Assembly (NCBI GenBank): GCA_951406725.2
Contig: OX597816.1
Location: 163,432,001-163,496,000 of the forward strand
Length of the DNA stretch: 64,000 nt
Direction: 5' to 3'
DNA from: Octopus vulgaris
Taxonomy: Eukaryota
Shown: piece after piece, positions 41,123-55,280 of the stretch
Numbering within the stretch: the stretch's first letter is position 1
Layout of the letters: the number at the start of each line of letters is the position of its first letter
The notes under the pieces: model-generated
What the model saw: only the letters and a program-made list of their open reading frames with translations
The model's database searches: none
What the model was told of the DNA's origin: nothing
Made by a program: the position numbers and the translations under genes

Positions 41123-41964
41123 GGCGATTATTGTCTTCTTACAATAGCCTGCACTTAGCTATACGCACTTCGTGCACACGGCACCCCTGAGCGAAGATAG
41201 TAGAAGAGTTAAAGCGATGAACAAAATGCTTCTCAACTTTTTTTATAGATCTTTACGCTCTGATTTCAAATCACTTCGATCTCAAGTTTGCCTTTCATCC
41301 ATTTTGGGACAACAAAACATACCAATCTCTCCGCACGTTTTCTAAGCTTGTGGCCTAGTTAGAAACCGTAACTCTAATTTGTTTAATCAATGAATACTTT
41401 TTATATAAATCAAAATAATAAAAAGCATAAAAAAAACTAGGGGCTGGCATGGTTGTGGGGTTAAGAAGTTCGCTTTGCAAGAACGCGGATTCAGTCTCAG
41501 TGTGCGACGTTTTGCACAAATGTTTTCTACTCTAGCTTCAGGCCAACCAATTTTTTATGAGTGAATTTGCTAGACAGAAACTGTACGGATGCCTACATAT
41601 TAATTAGACCTTCTAACGATGGTTGCAGTAAATCATCTTTGGTTCGTTGAGGAAGCGACACTTATCTGAATTGCAACTACAGATAACGATGAACAAGCGT
41701 GCTCCCTATGCTTTAAAATTCCCTGAAATTAAACAAGAGCAGTTTTGGCTCTTGGCAACAACTACCACCACCTCCACCACCAACAAAAACAACAGATTTA
41801 AAACCAACGGCAGCAAAAAAGATAAACACTAGATTATTCTAATGTTAATCACTAAATCTTACCTGCTCACCATCTATTTGTTGTATCATTGATCAGTTAA
41901 TCATTGTTTTTCTATATATAAGTATAAGAGAAATTAATCTAAGCAAGCGGTTGATAGTGGAAAC

Positions 41965-42009
41965 TTGTTACTGATGACATGCAATGACGCAGAAATTCGG
42001 ATCTAATAA
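41965..42009 (+). ncRNA. Type-I hammerhead motif
   Basis: TTGTTA-CTGATGA-CA-TGC(AATGAC)GCA-GAAA-TTCGGA-TC-TAATAA; 6-bp stem I, near-palindromic ATTCGGAT, 2-nt insert before stem II. Confidence 0.6.
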
Positions 42010-42470
42010 TTCCAAGGCTACTGTTGGAGAATTTTCCTCTCTCAACGATACATGCATGCAGAATGCTTTCTCGGGACAACACCCGCGGTTTTCTGGTTTT
42101 CTATACACGTTAAGTAAAATATATAGAATGCTATTATCTAGCTACCACAACAACATTTGTAATTGTAACAGCACTAATAATTTAACATCCCTACCTCTCG
42201 ACAACAAAAACAATTTTAATATTTGATAAATAGCAGCAACTGAGCCAGCAATAACAACATAGAAATAAGAAACAAAAATAAACATTCTGTTTCATATTTC
42301 TCCCACAACTACAACTAATATTTCCTGAACAAGAGTAACAAACGTAGCTGCCACAACGCGCTCAAAAGGAACAACTCTTTTCATATTTGATGAACAACAA
42401 TTGAGTCAGCATCAAAAATAGAGAAAAAAAATAAAAACAAACATTTTTTAAAATATTTTTCTGCCACTAA

Positions 42471-42710
42471 GGGGGCGAGCTGGCAGAAACGTTAGCACGC
42501 CGGGCGAAATGTTTAGCAGTATTTCGTCTGCCGTTATGTTCTGAGTTCAAATTCCGCCGAGGTCGACTTTCCATTTCATCCTTTCGGGGTCAATAAATTA
42601 AGTACCAGTTATGCACTGGGGTCGATGTAATCGACTTAATCCCTTTGTCTGTCCTTGTTTGTCCCCTCTATGTTTAACCCTCCCCCCCCCTGTGTGCAAT
42701 AAAGAAATAA
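42471..42710 (+). mobile_element. SINE family A, full length
   Basis: Close match to 9585-9818. Confidence 0.9.
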
Positions 42711-43410
42711 ATATGGCGTTGTGGCGTATTGCGCCCTCCTAGCATATATCAATGGGTATATGCAGTACCACTAATCTCAGTCTGAGCATAGGTACCTAAT
42801 GTTAGTTCCATACAGAGACAGTGCTCAATTTATCTATGAGGATGGTAGGCGGGCTGTGGGGCTTATGTGAGACCTGCTACGCTGTACTCACAGAGTGTCA
42901 TACACCATTCTATACCTGACTACCTGTACTGTAGTAGTACACAGAATGTGGATTTTCAAAGTGAGCTCTGATTGGCTGTATGCAAATAAGTTTATTACTA
43001 GGGTCCGGAACTCTTGTGGGAAAAAATTTCGTGTACCGTCCAAGGAGGAAATATATAAACTAGAGAAGCCAGGAAACCGGCTCTACGAGGCTATATGATT
43101 CGGGGAGGAGCTATTATCGATCAGGGTATAAATAGTGGAGGGCCCAGTGTATTTCTCTGCTCAGGGGTGTGTAATGTTGCTAAGGTGGTCCTGCTCATAC
43201 GCACTCTTTCATGCTCTTTACCATTCTGAAGGTTTCGTTGAAAAAAAAAACAAATCCGAAAATGCGTGCGTGAATGATAATGTTGAACGTACACACGTAT
43301 GTCTTTATGCACCCGCAAACACATACGCTCATGCACGCAAGTGCTCACATATAAATATTGATACATATAAATACAGATGCATATAAATATAGATGCATAT
43401 AAATATAGAT

Positions 43411-43718
43411 GGAGGCGCAATGGCCCAGTGGTTAATGCAGCGGACTCGCGGTCGTAGGATCGCGGTTTCGATTCCCAGACCGGGCGTTGTGTGTGTGTGT
43501 TTATTGAGCGAAAACACCTAAAAGCTCCACGACGCTCCGGCAGGAGGTGGTGATCCCTGCTGTACTCTTTCACCACTCTTTCTCTCACTCTTTCTTCTGT
43601 TGGCCTGCTTAGCCAGCGGGGTGGCGTCATTCGAAGGCTAAAAAACAATACGAACGCATTGTGACCAGCGATGTGTAACAACATCTGATGGTCTGGTCGG
43701 TCACGTGATCACGTGATA
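43411..43718 (+). mobile_element. tRNA-derived SINE family C, CpG-rich and apparently young
   Basis: A box TGGCCCAGTGG, B box GGTTTCGATTCC, ends GGTCACGTGATCACGTGATA. Confidence 0.85.
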
Positions 43719-44451
43719 AATATAGATACATACACACAAAACGGTAGGGAAAGAAAAGGGAGAGATAGAAACAGAAAGAGAGAAAGAGATGAGAGAGTTA
43801 GTGAATGATAGTGTTAAAATTATACGTTTATATGTGTATGTATATACATATATATATATATGTGTGTGCGTATATACATATATATGTGTGTGCGTATGTG
43901 TGTGTGTGTGTGTGTGTGCACTGGCGAACACAAATACTCAAGCACACAGTCACAAATACCTACATACGTCCATAACAGACGTATATGGGTCTGTATGGAC
44001 ATACACGTACACACAGATACAGCACATACACACAGAAACATACACATACACACAGACACAGCTGTACGGTAGAGAGGAAAAAAAGACACAAAGAGGGAAT
44101 AAACAGATAGAAAGAGAAAGAGAGAGACAGAGAGAGAAAGAAAGAGAAAGGAGGGAAGGAAATTCGTGAAAATTTTCCAAGCACCGCAAAAAATGTCTCA
44201 TTATTGAGTGCCTGTGTTATTTTCCTGTCATTGACAATAAATATATTTCTCTGCCCTCCACATCCCATTTTTTATTGCTCTCTTCACCCCCGCCACACTC
44301 ATATTTTTTTCTCTTCTTTGTAACACTTGTGTTCGCTTTTTCTTTGTTTTATTGCTGCTGTTATTGTTGTTGTTGTTGTTCTTGTTCTTTTTCTTTGTTT
44401 ATAGTTCATTGTTTTATGTATTTATACATAAATATATTTACATATTTATAC

Positions 44452-44513
<62 letters not shown>

Positions 44514-44711
44514 ATGTGTGTGTGTGTGTATGTATTTATGTTGCTGTACGACGGAAGTTCACTCTTTATAATGATATCAATGAAATAACTGGATATAAAA
44601 ATGGTTCCTCCATTGTCAAGATGTGGACACGTGTCGAACATAGAAACGTAATAAATGGTTTGTTTGTTTTTCGTTTTTTTTTTGTTTTGCTTGTTTTATT
44701 GTGTGTATGTG

Positions 44712-44752
<41 letters not shown>

Positions 44753-44894
44753 TGCTTTACACCTATTCACATTAATGCTCATATATACGAGCTCGCATAC
44801 ATCTATGCATACGCACAATCAAATACACACATATAGGCAGCCATTCATATTTCGTTATACAGATATGACAATACGTATGTATATAAATATATAT

Positions 44895-44930
<36 letters not shown>

Positions 44931-45044
44931 TATGTGTATGCTTGTGTGTATATGTATGAGTGTTTGTGTGTGCGTGCTTGTTAATATATATTTATTTATA
45001 TAAGTATATATATATATGTATATGTATGTATTTATGTTTGCCTG

Positions 45045-45080
<36 letters not shown>

Positions 45081-48000
45081 GATAGGCATATGTCTATATG
45101 TGGTTATATTTATGCATGTGCACCCACAATCGCACACACCTACACAGACACTTAAACACACACAAATATAAACATATGTACGTATAGAGATCAAGAAGCT
45201 TTAGGTTCAACTGTGTCCCAGCAAACCTTTTTCTTGTTCCTATACCAACTCATTGTGGTCTATATGGTGTAGTGATATCGATAAGTACATCATCAACATT
45301 TTTAGACATTCATGGTCTCAGCTTCAAGATGAAGTGACGTTGTTGTCTATTTAAGTCTCTTTAGAATTGAATGGGCCAATGTGATGTTTGAAGAAATCAC
45401 CGTTGTAATTTGAATCTAGATTCATTCATGGACGCTTGTGACTGCAATAAGTTATTTTAAATATTGCGTCTATCATTACTCGTCTGTTCTTTGGGGTTTT
45501 TTTGTTGTCTTCACTTTTATGGTGCTGTGTATTGCAACAGATCTTTGTTGTAACTGCCTTATATATTGAGATTGTTGTACTTGTCGGAGTAGTGTAATAG
45601 TTGGAGTCGTGAAGTTTACAACATCCACGGCGGGCTATGAACGACGGCTTCAGTGTCTGTAGCTGATGAGGCATAACGACGCATAAACACTTGTCTTATT
45701 GTCCGATGACGACATCAAAATTCTAGTGGTGCGACTTCCGCAGACATTGTCTACAAACAGATTCTTGAGACATTTACCATGGCGATGGTCTTAATCCATG
45801 TTTGAGTATACACGACCATTAAACATGTATATATATGTACGTGTTGGGGTGGTGTTTGTTTGTGTGTATGTGAGCATGTATGCATGCATATATCACTCTG
45901 TTAGTTACCCTTCTTTGTTGCAAAGCGTAGAGTCATATAACTTTCAACCTTTCTTAGTATCTTGTTTATTGTTTATCGAGATGGTGTTTGCTTTATCTTC
46001 CTGAATAATCTCAGAATCCGTGCTCACAATCGTTTGTACTCGCTATTTACTTAGAAACACGCGCATGACACCAAGCGTTATTACAGACTTTAATCCCCAG
46101 GTAATACTTTTATATCACTATGAATACAACTTTTCCTGTATCCTGGTTGGTGCGTGTTAAAATGGCTGATTGCCAAATGTTTGAAATTGTCCATTATTAA
46201 ATTTCATGACTTCACTACTTCAATTCTGAGTTATTTTTTGATAATTTTCTTGTGGTTATAGACATTAACACCCCTATGGGATTAAAATGTGGACTCGTTG
46301 AACTCTTGTAAAAAGTAACGAGTCTCGTTGAGACAAGGAAGGCGTTGGAGTCTCGCGTGATGGTAGTCGGAAGCTACGTCAGTGAGTACATTGCTTTATG
46401 CCTGCTACGTTAAAACCACATATCCTCAACCAAGGATACAAAACAATTTGACATCATCAGGGCTCTCAGTTGATAGTTTTCATTTACTTCAGAGTTTTTA
46501 TATCGTATGCATTATATATAATGCACGGCCCCTCAAGCTAATAATTTTAGCCAAAGTGACGGTGTAATGATGTTTGAGAGGTTCCACTCATAATCCTTGA
46601 ACCAACTGAAAATCACCATCAGCTGTAATGGCACCTAACAGTACTCTGCCCTTTAAATGTTATGCATTCAAAGACAATAATTATTCTGAGATCACATCGT
46701 TTGTAATAAATTTGTATGACCAACATTACCAATGGCTTTTGTAAAGACGACATACACTACAGCCACATTTCACCAGCTGAGTAACTTTCAACACCCTATG
46801 AAAAGGTTGTAGAAGCCGCGTGAGACAAGTCACAGGTTCCAGCCAAACTGAAACCGTGTTGAGTGCCATCAGAGTAGTTTCCTCCAACAAGATGATCAAC
46901 TTTCATCAAATAATTTATATCATTGGTTTCAACATAGGCTTCCTTTGTTTGTCTTCCTTCTTATCTTAACGATTCGGAGAGCTTTTCACTTGAAAGGAAG
47001 CTTTTAAAACGGATCTGATGCTACCTGCTTGTAGCTTTTTATATACATTTTACTTCCTATATACTTTTATTGGAACCATTCACAGCCTGTTGCTGAGTTG
47101 CTAATTTTATTTGCAGCTTCTATTAAATATTTCTCTCTTAAAGGGATATTTAATGACAGGCTATGACGACTGAAAAGAAATATTTACATCACGTGAGCCA
47201 ATTCGTGAGTGTCTGTGCGAGACGTGTGTGTCAGCTATGACCGTGGATTGTTGAAATCGACAAATTTCGTAACCAAGTTCCAAAAATCATGCAGCAAAAT
47301 GATTTTTGGTGTCACGGTCACTGACTAGTTACCATACAAACCATTCATATAAACCTATGTCTTATCAAAGAAAAGGTACCAAAGACAAAATCGTTAATGA
47401 CATTCTAATATATTACTTATCCAAAAATGACTGGATTGTTTACAACAACTGGGATTCTAGCGAGTTAATCCTATTAAGTTCTTGTCGGTCAGTCCAATTG
47501 ATAAAAATATGTTCTTAATGTCTACCCGGGAACTGAATGGTTAGTCATATGCTGATGTCAACAATCTCCGACAAAGCCCTGTTTTTGTGTTTAGTTATTT
47601 TTCTATCTCAAAAACAGTGATTGGAGTTCATTTCCTAGGCAGTGAGTTGGTGTTTGGGACTCTGCCAATATTTCTGCTATAGATTTAATCGATGGCTGGC
47701 TGGCACTTCTCTATGTAAATTTATAAAGCTGAAAACCTTTTCTGACTTATTCCTATACATGGGTCTCATTGGGAAAATAAAAACTTCTCTGGTTTATTTG
47801 TCCATTCATTTAACATTTCCCATACCATTTTAGCAGTCAGGGAGTCTGTGAATTATTCCCTTCCGACAATGGTTTTACTTTGCAATTCACTGAAGCTGGT
47901 TCTTTTGCAAATTTATCGAAAAATTTAGCAACAATTTCTATAGATTCTATCGAACCCCCTTACCCTTTCTGCTCCCTTCCCTTTTCATGGGAGACTCGTA

Positions 48001-48324
48001 TTACATTCTAGATTTGTAGGAGCGTCTATTTCAAGTGGGATTTTGCGGCGCTCTATGATTTGTTGAATTCAACATTTGGAACTTTTCTTCCTTTGTCTTC
48101 TCAGAATATTTCTTTCTGTGGGAATTATGTAACTGTGAATGTTGGCCTTCGCTACTGCTGGAACTTGCATGCATATGGCTTGAATAATTAACAGACATTG
48201 CTTCATTTCTATGTCATTGTCCTCTAAGAGAGGTTCTCAGCCAGTTCTGTTTGAAGATAGCTTTTAGAATTTATTCCCAATAATCCTTGTGGAAATTATG
48301 TTTATATTTGTTTGAATGCACATA

Positions 48325-48380
<56 letters not shown>

Positions 48381-48489
48381 CATGTGTGTGTTTGCGCGAG
48401 CGCTTGTGTGTGCATATAGCATTTATAGAAGTACATGTATTTATATACATACATATATATTACACACACACACACACATACATACATAC

Positions 48490-48531
<42 letters not shown>

Positions 48532-48922
48532 ATTTATAAACAACAAAGGAAAATCAATGTGGTGGAAGGAATGTATTATAAGTCCAACAGCTGTTTCTGG
48601 GAGCTCGGCGATTTATAATAATGTTGGTAGATTTAGTTCATCACAAAATGTGGCCATATGGATACATTTAACATAAGATAAGACGAGCCACTGTCACCAG
48701 AGTAGAGGTCTTACATTTCAGATCCTATGACAGATGTACCCGTCACGGTCGCATTTTGTGATAGATTAAATAAATCTACAAACATCTATTTATATAATAT
48801 TAAAGGGCAATCAGTAATATTAGAAATTTCCATTACCAGTGGCCTAGTGTGTAAAAATTTAGTCAATAGACTATATATTATTCATATACACACGTGTATA
48901 TGTATATCTAATCTAAGGTGTA

Positions 48923-48991
48923 CCTGCTGAAGAAGGCTTCGCCTAGCAAATTATTTTATTTGCTAAAAAAGTCTGAAACCATTGGTCCAGG
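48923..48991 (+). ncRNA. Type-I hammerhead ribozyme, fully canonical
   Basis: CCTG-CTGAAGA-AGGCTT..TAGCAAAT(TATTTT)ATTTGCTA..AAGTCT-GAAA-CC(ATT)GG-TC-CAGG; GUC triplet. Confidence 0.9.
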
Positions 48992-49256
48992 ATGGTAAAT
49001 GTTTTTATTTTTCATTCCCTTCGACATTTTATCCCTAATGGTGGTTTGGAATTTAACTGTCCTTTCTAGCGTGCAAGGAGTCCTATAATGGACTCCTCTT
49101 ATGTGTCAAATGTATACTGCATATATATATATATATATATTTATATATACACACACACATCATCTGTAAGTTTCCAGCTTTCGCTTCCTCTCGTTTTGCA
49201 TGTATTCATATATACGTATTTCGTATTTGATAATTTAATATTTGTAATATATGTGA

Positions 49257-49651
49257 CTAGCAGTATCGCCCGGCGTTGCTCGGGTTTGTAAGGGAAATAA
49301 CTATATAAGCATTTTTAGAGAGTTATAGCCAAAATATAGCAAAAAAATGCATTAAAAATGGGAAAAAAATGATGGTAAATTTAAATCGTTGACTCATCGT
49401 AGACATTTTTAGAGAGTTACTTCCCTTATATAATAGCGAAAAAATGCATTAAAATGGGAAAAAATGATGGTAATTTTTTTTTTAATCGTAGACTCATCGT
49501 AGACGCGCGCTAATACCCAGAAGGGCTCGATATGAATCACGACTATAAGATACCCGGTTTTGGTTAAACTGCACCGCAAAATGTGGGAGTAGTTAGGAAT
49601 CTAAATCGAAGGGGACAGACACTCACACAACTACAGTTTTATATATATAGA
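49257..49651 (-). mobile_element. Complete non-autonomous Helitron (395 bp)
   Basis: A|TC...CTAG|T termini, subterminal hairpin CCCGAGC-AAC-GCCGGG, internal ~95-bp tandem duplication. Confidence 0.92.
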
Positions 49652-49996
49652 TATGTCTAATGTGTTTATCTGCATAATTCATTCTGTACCCGCTCAACTT
49701 GATACCTATAGTAGCTTTTCCTTACTTTGGAGTCTAAGTTTGAATCCCCATCGGAGTCTAAGTATGAATCTTTTGACCCCCACTAAGTGTCATCTATATG
49801 GAGAATATCTGAACCTCATCAGCGAACTATGTACATATTTATGTATGTGTATATATGTATGTGTGTGAGTTTGCCTGTGTGTGTGTATGCGTGATGTGAT
49901 GCTTGCTTCCCAACCACACTGTGACAGCCTCAGTAACTCTCTCCTACTATACCATGAGTGGATTTGGCAGACGGAAACTGAAAGAAGTTCTTCGTG

Positions 49997-50027
<31 letters not shown>

Positions 50028-50030
50028 TTT

Positions 50031-50414
50031 TTACTTGTTTCAGTCATTTGACTGCAGTCATGCTGGAGCACCGCCTTTAATCGAACAACTCGACCCCGGG
50101 ACTTATTCTTTTGTAAGCCCAGTACTCATTCTCTCGGTCTCTTTTGCCGAACCGCTAAGTAACGGGGACATAAACACACCAGCATCGGTTTGTCAAGCAA
50201 TGCTAGGGGGACAAACACAGACACACAAACAAACACACATACATATATATATACATATACATATATACGACGGGCTTCTTTCAGTTTCCGTCTACCAAAT
50301 CCACTCACAAGGCTCTGGTCGGCCCGAGGCTATAGTAGAAGACACTTGCCCAAGGTGCCACGCAGTGGGACTGACCCCGGAACCATGTGGTTGGTAAACA
50401 AGCTACTTACCACA
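50031..50414 (-). mobile_element. SINE family B
   Basis: Near full-length reverse copy. Confidence 0.9.
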
Positions 50415-50677
50415 CATATATATATGGGAAAAAGTCAAGATAGACAATCCTAAAATAATTTTATAAAAAACATTTCATTACCGGTTGCAATCATTGAGAC
50501 TTTTTCGACTGTAAGTATGGAAAACAATTAAATTTTGGAAACATTAAAAGAAAAGTTTCTTAAAAGGAATATTTGCACATAGCATTCAAATACAAGGGGC
50601 ATCTTCCTTGTTTCTGCCTGTTTCTGTCTCTCTTGTTTACTCTTGGGGGTTCGAGGTCGTTGTGAATTCTTGGTAGG

Positions 50678-50937
50678 GAAGAAGAAGAAGAAGAAGAAGA
50701 AGAAGGGGAGGAGGAGGGGGAGGAGAAGAAGAAGAAGAAGAAGAAGAAGAAGAAGAAGAAGGAGGAGGAGGAGGAGAAGAAGAAGAAGAAGAAGAAGAAG
50801 AAGAAAAAAGAAGAAGAAGAAGAAAAAGAAGAAGAAGAAGAAAAAGAAGAAGAAGAAGAAGAAAAAAGAAGAAGAAGAAGAAGAAGAAGAAGAAGAAGAA
50901 GAAGAAGAAGAAGAAGAAGAAGAAGAAGAAGAAGAAA
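50678..50937. repeat. (GAA/GGA)n array
   Basis: Direct inspection. Confidence 0.97.
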
Positions 50938-51436
50938 GGGTATCTTCAAAAAGAATTGGACAGTCTCCTTTCTACGATATATAGAGCGGGTTCATGTCAA
51001 GTGCAGACGAGGGCAGCTTTTTGACATTCCTTCATACACTGAATGATGCAAAAACTGAAATGATAAAAGCACATGCACGACTGGCGATATAGAATCCCAC
51101 CATTTAGAAGAAATCAACCAGATAAGGGGGTTGCGGAAAGGGCGCAATTTCACAGCGGTTCTCCAGTATGACCGCAGCCACATGGCTTGAACGTTAGGAC
51201 CTAATAAGATAGTATTGATGAATAGGTCTCTATATGTATGTACACAAAAACACAGACACACATACAAACACACACGCACACACGCGCACACACACATATA
51301 CATACACACATATACATATATATATATATATATATATATGAATGTTTGAGTAGTTGAATGAATTATCTTATTAAGGATAATTCGAATTAACCGATACCTG
51401 AGTAGCTAATTCACATCAGAGAAAACAGGGTTGAAG

Positions 51437-51483
<47 letters not shown>

Positions 51484-51648
51484 CCCTTTTATGTTGCTCA
51501 TTTCTGACGAGTGGTGAAATTTCATATCCCTAGCCTGCGCGTGCTTTTATTCCCTTATTGGTTCGAATGGTATATTAGAGAGTTTGCGAATGGTACCTTC
51601 TTCTTAACTTCATCCTGAGAAGTTTATATGCATACATAGGTGTGTGTG

Positions 51649-51680
<32 letters not shown>

Positions 51681-51702
51681 TGTATGTATGTATGTATGTA
51701 TG

Positions 51703-51733
<31 letters not shown>

Positions 51734-51942
51734 GCATGTATATATATATATATAAAGATGTTTTATAATACTACTCCACAGCCATACCAACAATACAATA
51801 ATACTACTATTCGACATATACAAAACAGCCATACTAACAATCCAGCGTTCCTCCATTATCAGCTGCCACACGGATATCATTATGGTTTCAACACCTGGGC
51901 TGTACCATGTAATCCGGTGCGGTCAACAACACTAAAATAACC

Positions 51943-52015
<73 letters not shown>

Positions 52016-52152
52016 ATATATTCTATATACATGGGATGTGTATGTATCTGAGTATGTGTGTATACATACATGTGTGTATATCTATGTATACATATATATA
52101 TATGAGCATACAAACGCACCCATATCGTATGTATATATATATATATATATAT

Positions 52153-52227
<75 letters not shown>

Positions 52228-52232
52228 GAGAG

Positions 52233-52314
<82 letters not shown>

Positions 52315-52705
52315 ATTTCCTATTATCCTTAATTAGTATACAAGCATGTAAACACCCAAATACATCGCTGTTGATTTATTAATATATTATATTATTGCTT
52401 ATTATCAATTAATTCACTTCCCGCCATTTTTTCTGCTGTGTCCATCGACTTCAATTGCCTCACAAGATTGCTTTAGGTTTCTTCGCCGAATATAATGCTT
52501 ACAAGATGGAGTGTGCTGTGTTGCTTAATCCTATTACATCATTCAATTATGGTAATTGACGTATTCTAATATTGGAATGATAAATTGCAGATTATGTGCC
52601 AATGACGTAGCGTTAAATTTGTGTGATTATGACGTAACTCTCCCGTCAGAATGTTCCTGCTTAAGCATCACTTAGTTCGTTCAAATCATCACATCATATT
52701 AGGTA

Positions 52706-52746
<41 letters not shown>

Positions 52747-52749
52747 GTA

Positions 52750-53306
<557 letters not shown>

Positions 53307-53311
53307 ATATA

Positions 53312-53718
53312 TATTGAAAGATACAGAAATAATTTTTTTTCTTCTCAAACGCGTGATAATGCTAATAAATAAAATGATCAGGATAAATTAGCCATACATT
53401 GCAGAAAAATACGTTAACGGCCAGCCATGAAACTCGAACTCACATCCCTGTGATTATGCGTCAAGTTTACTTTCATCGTAAGTTGAATTTAACGTTAGAG
53501 TCTTATGAAGCTAGATTTATAAATTCTGAAATTGCAGAAGAATTGGTTACTGGGCAGTTTAGCTTAATGGTAAAGCATTTGAGGCGTAATCACAGGGATG
53601 AGAATTCTAGTGCCATGGCTGGCCGGTAAGGTACTTTTCTGCAATATTTGGATAATTTATCCTGATCACGCTATTTATTATATTGAGAATTAAAAACATA
53701 TTTCTGTGTCTTTCAATA
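53312..53718. mobile_element. Foldback element with a tRNA-like unit in each arm
   Basis: About 175-bp diverged inverted arms; 53552-53624(+) and 53419-53491(-) are tRNA-sized with A/B-box-like motifs. Confidence 0.75.
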
Positions 53719-53784
53719 CATCTAAACACTTCTAAAACAAACTTTGTTTACTTTCATCGTTATATATAAATATTATATATATAT

Positions 53785-53979
53785 AGTTAATCCAAACAAG
53801 AAAGCACAAAAAAAAACACAACAACGCGAGGACGTGGAACAAATATAGTATTATTGGACGCTCAGGAAAGAAGGAGGGTTTAACGTTTCGAGCGGCGCTC
53901 TTCGTCGGAAACAGGAGAAGGAAAGATCCAAAGAAAGGAAGACGGAGGAAAAAATCGCTAACGGTACACACGAAGTCAC

Positions 53980-53980
<1 letters not shown>
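53785..53980 (-). mobile_element. Family H1 copy 3 with U4C hammerhead at 53878-53912, in (TA)n
   Basis: Minus strand GTTT-CCGACGA-A-GAGC(GCC)GCTC-GAAA-CG-TT-AAAC. Confidence 0.85.
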
Positions 53981-54070
<90 letters not shown>

Positions 54071-54250
54071 ATATATATGTATATGTATATATATATGTAT
54101 ATGCATGTATATTTATATATATGTTTATATACATATATACACTTAGACGTATGTATGTATATAAATATGTGCATGTGTGTACGTACGTACATATATATGT
54201 ATGTGTGTGTGCGTACGTATATATATATGTTTGTTTGTGTGTGCCCGACA

Positions 54251-54780
54251 TTTTCAAACAGGGAGTTCAACTCTCTCATCCAGCGCAAAACAGCATCTGT
54301 GGATTGGTTTCTGGGTTATTGCCCTTTATAAACTCAGAGTAGTCGTTTGGCTAGGTGACGTTGCTGAATTCACCGTTTGAACATATAATTTTCAAAGTGA
54401 CACACAGACACTGACCTAACAAAATAGAAAGAATATTATTTCTAAATCTCTCAAAGAGAGACATTCAGTAACAGTTCTTTGAAATAAAGACTATTTGCCA
54501 ACATAATGTGGCTGTCCAAGAAGGGACGATATTATTATTATTTAGCCCCAGGATACATCGTTTACAGCTGGCTTTACTACACAATATCTGTGTCCTTATT
54601 TTTGGAAACAAGGAGTCCAGCACTCACATCCAGCGCAAAACAACATCTGTGGGCCGGTTTCTGAGTTTTGCTCTTTACCAACACAGAGTAACTGCTCGGC
54701 TAGGTGGCATTGCTGAATTCAACGTCCGAATATGCAGTTGTCACTTTTATTAGATTAGCAACTCTGTGTCGCTTTGAAAA
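54251..54780. repeat. Diverged ~135-bp direct repeat plus ~36-bp inverted repeat
   Basis: CATCCAGCGCAAAACA.CATCTGTGG...TTGCTGAATTCA at about 54251-54385 and 54601-54735; TTTTCAAAGTGACAC.. (54389) versus ..GTGTCGCTTTGAAAA (54780). Confidence 0.8.
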
Positions 54781-55280
54781 CTGTATACTATAGCAATAGG
54801 ACATAATTTATTATTTTTACTCTCAACCGAAGTAAGGCCCTATAACCTCACTACATCTTTCTGGTCCAATAAAAAAAGTTGACCTTATGGAGGGGTCTCT
54901 AATAAACCAGCCTCTCAGTCCACAAAAAAAAACTCGAATCTTTCTCTTCCTTTCGTCTTCTTTTCTTCTGCTGCGCGACCCATGTCGATCCTTTTCTTTT
55001 TCCTTCTTCCTTTCTTCCAACCGTCTCTCTGTCCGTTGCACTCCGTCGGTTGGACGAAAGCGCGACCGCACACCAACGTGAGACGGGTTGCCCGCCGTAG
55101 CGGCGGCAACGATCGGGAAGGCACCCAGGATGTCGAATCCGATGCCATCGCTACAGCTCCACCGCTTCGCGCGAAGACGTATTCTTCTGTATACATTGTT
55201 TGACATGATATCTGAATTCGGTGAATTTTAGGAGATTTTGTTCCACATTCTTTCTACGTCGATTTTTTTCAACTGTGAAA

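Noticed and set aside
43411-43485. Possible tRNA gene
   Set aside because: Continues into a SINE body with related copies and lacks a proper acceptor stem.
45658-45700. CTGATGA hammerhead-like motif
   Set aside because: TAAA instead of GAAA, weak stem II, and the homologue at 21620 lacks the fold.
45180-48290. 3-kb non-repetitive block as possible exons
   Set aside because: No long ORF or recognisable domain; probably old transposon debris, but it could not be assigned.
48581-48645. Minus-strand GAAACAGCTGTT half motif
   Set aside because: No matching CUGANGA or stem II found.
51362-51424. Minus-strand CTGATGT with 8-bp stem II then GAAT
   Set aside because: Two core deviations and no stem I; unresolved relic.
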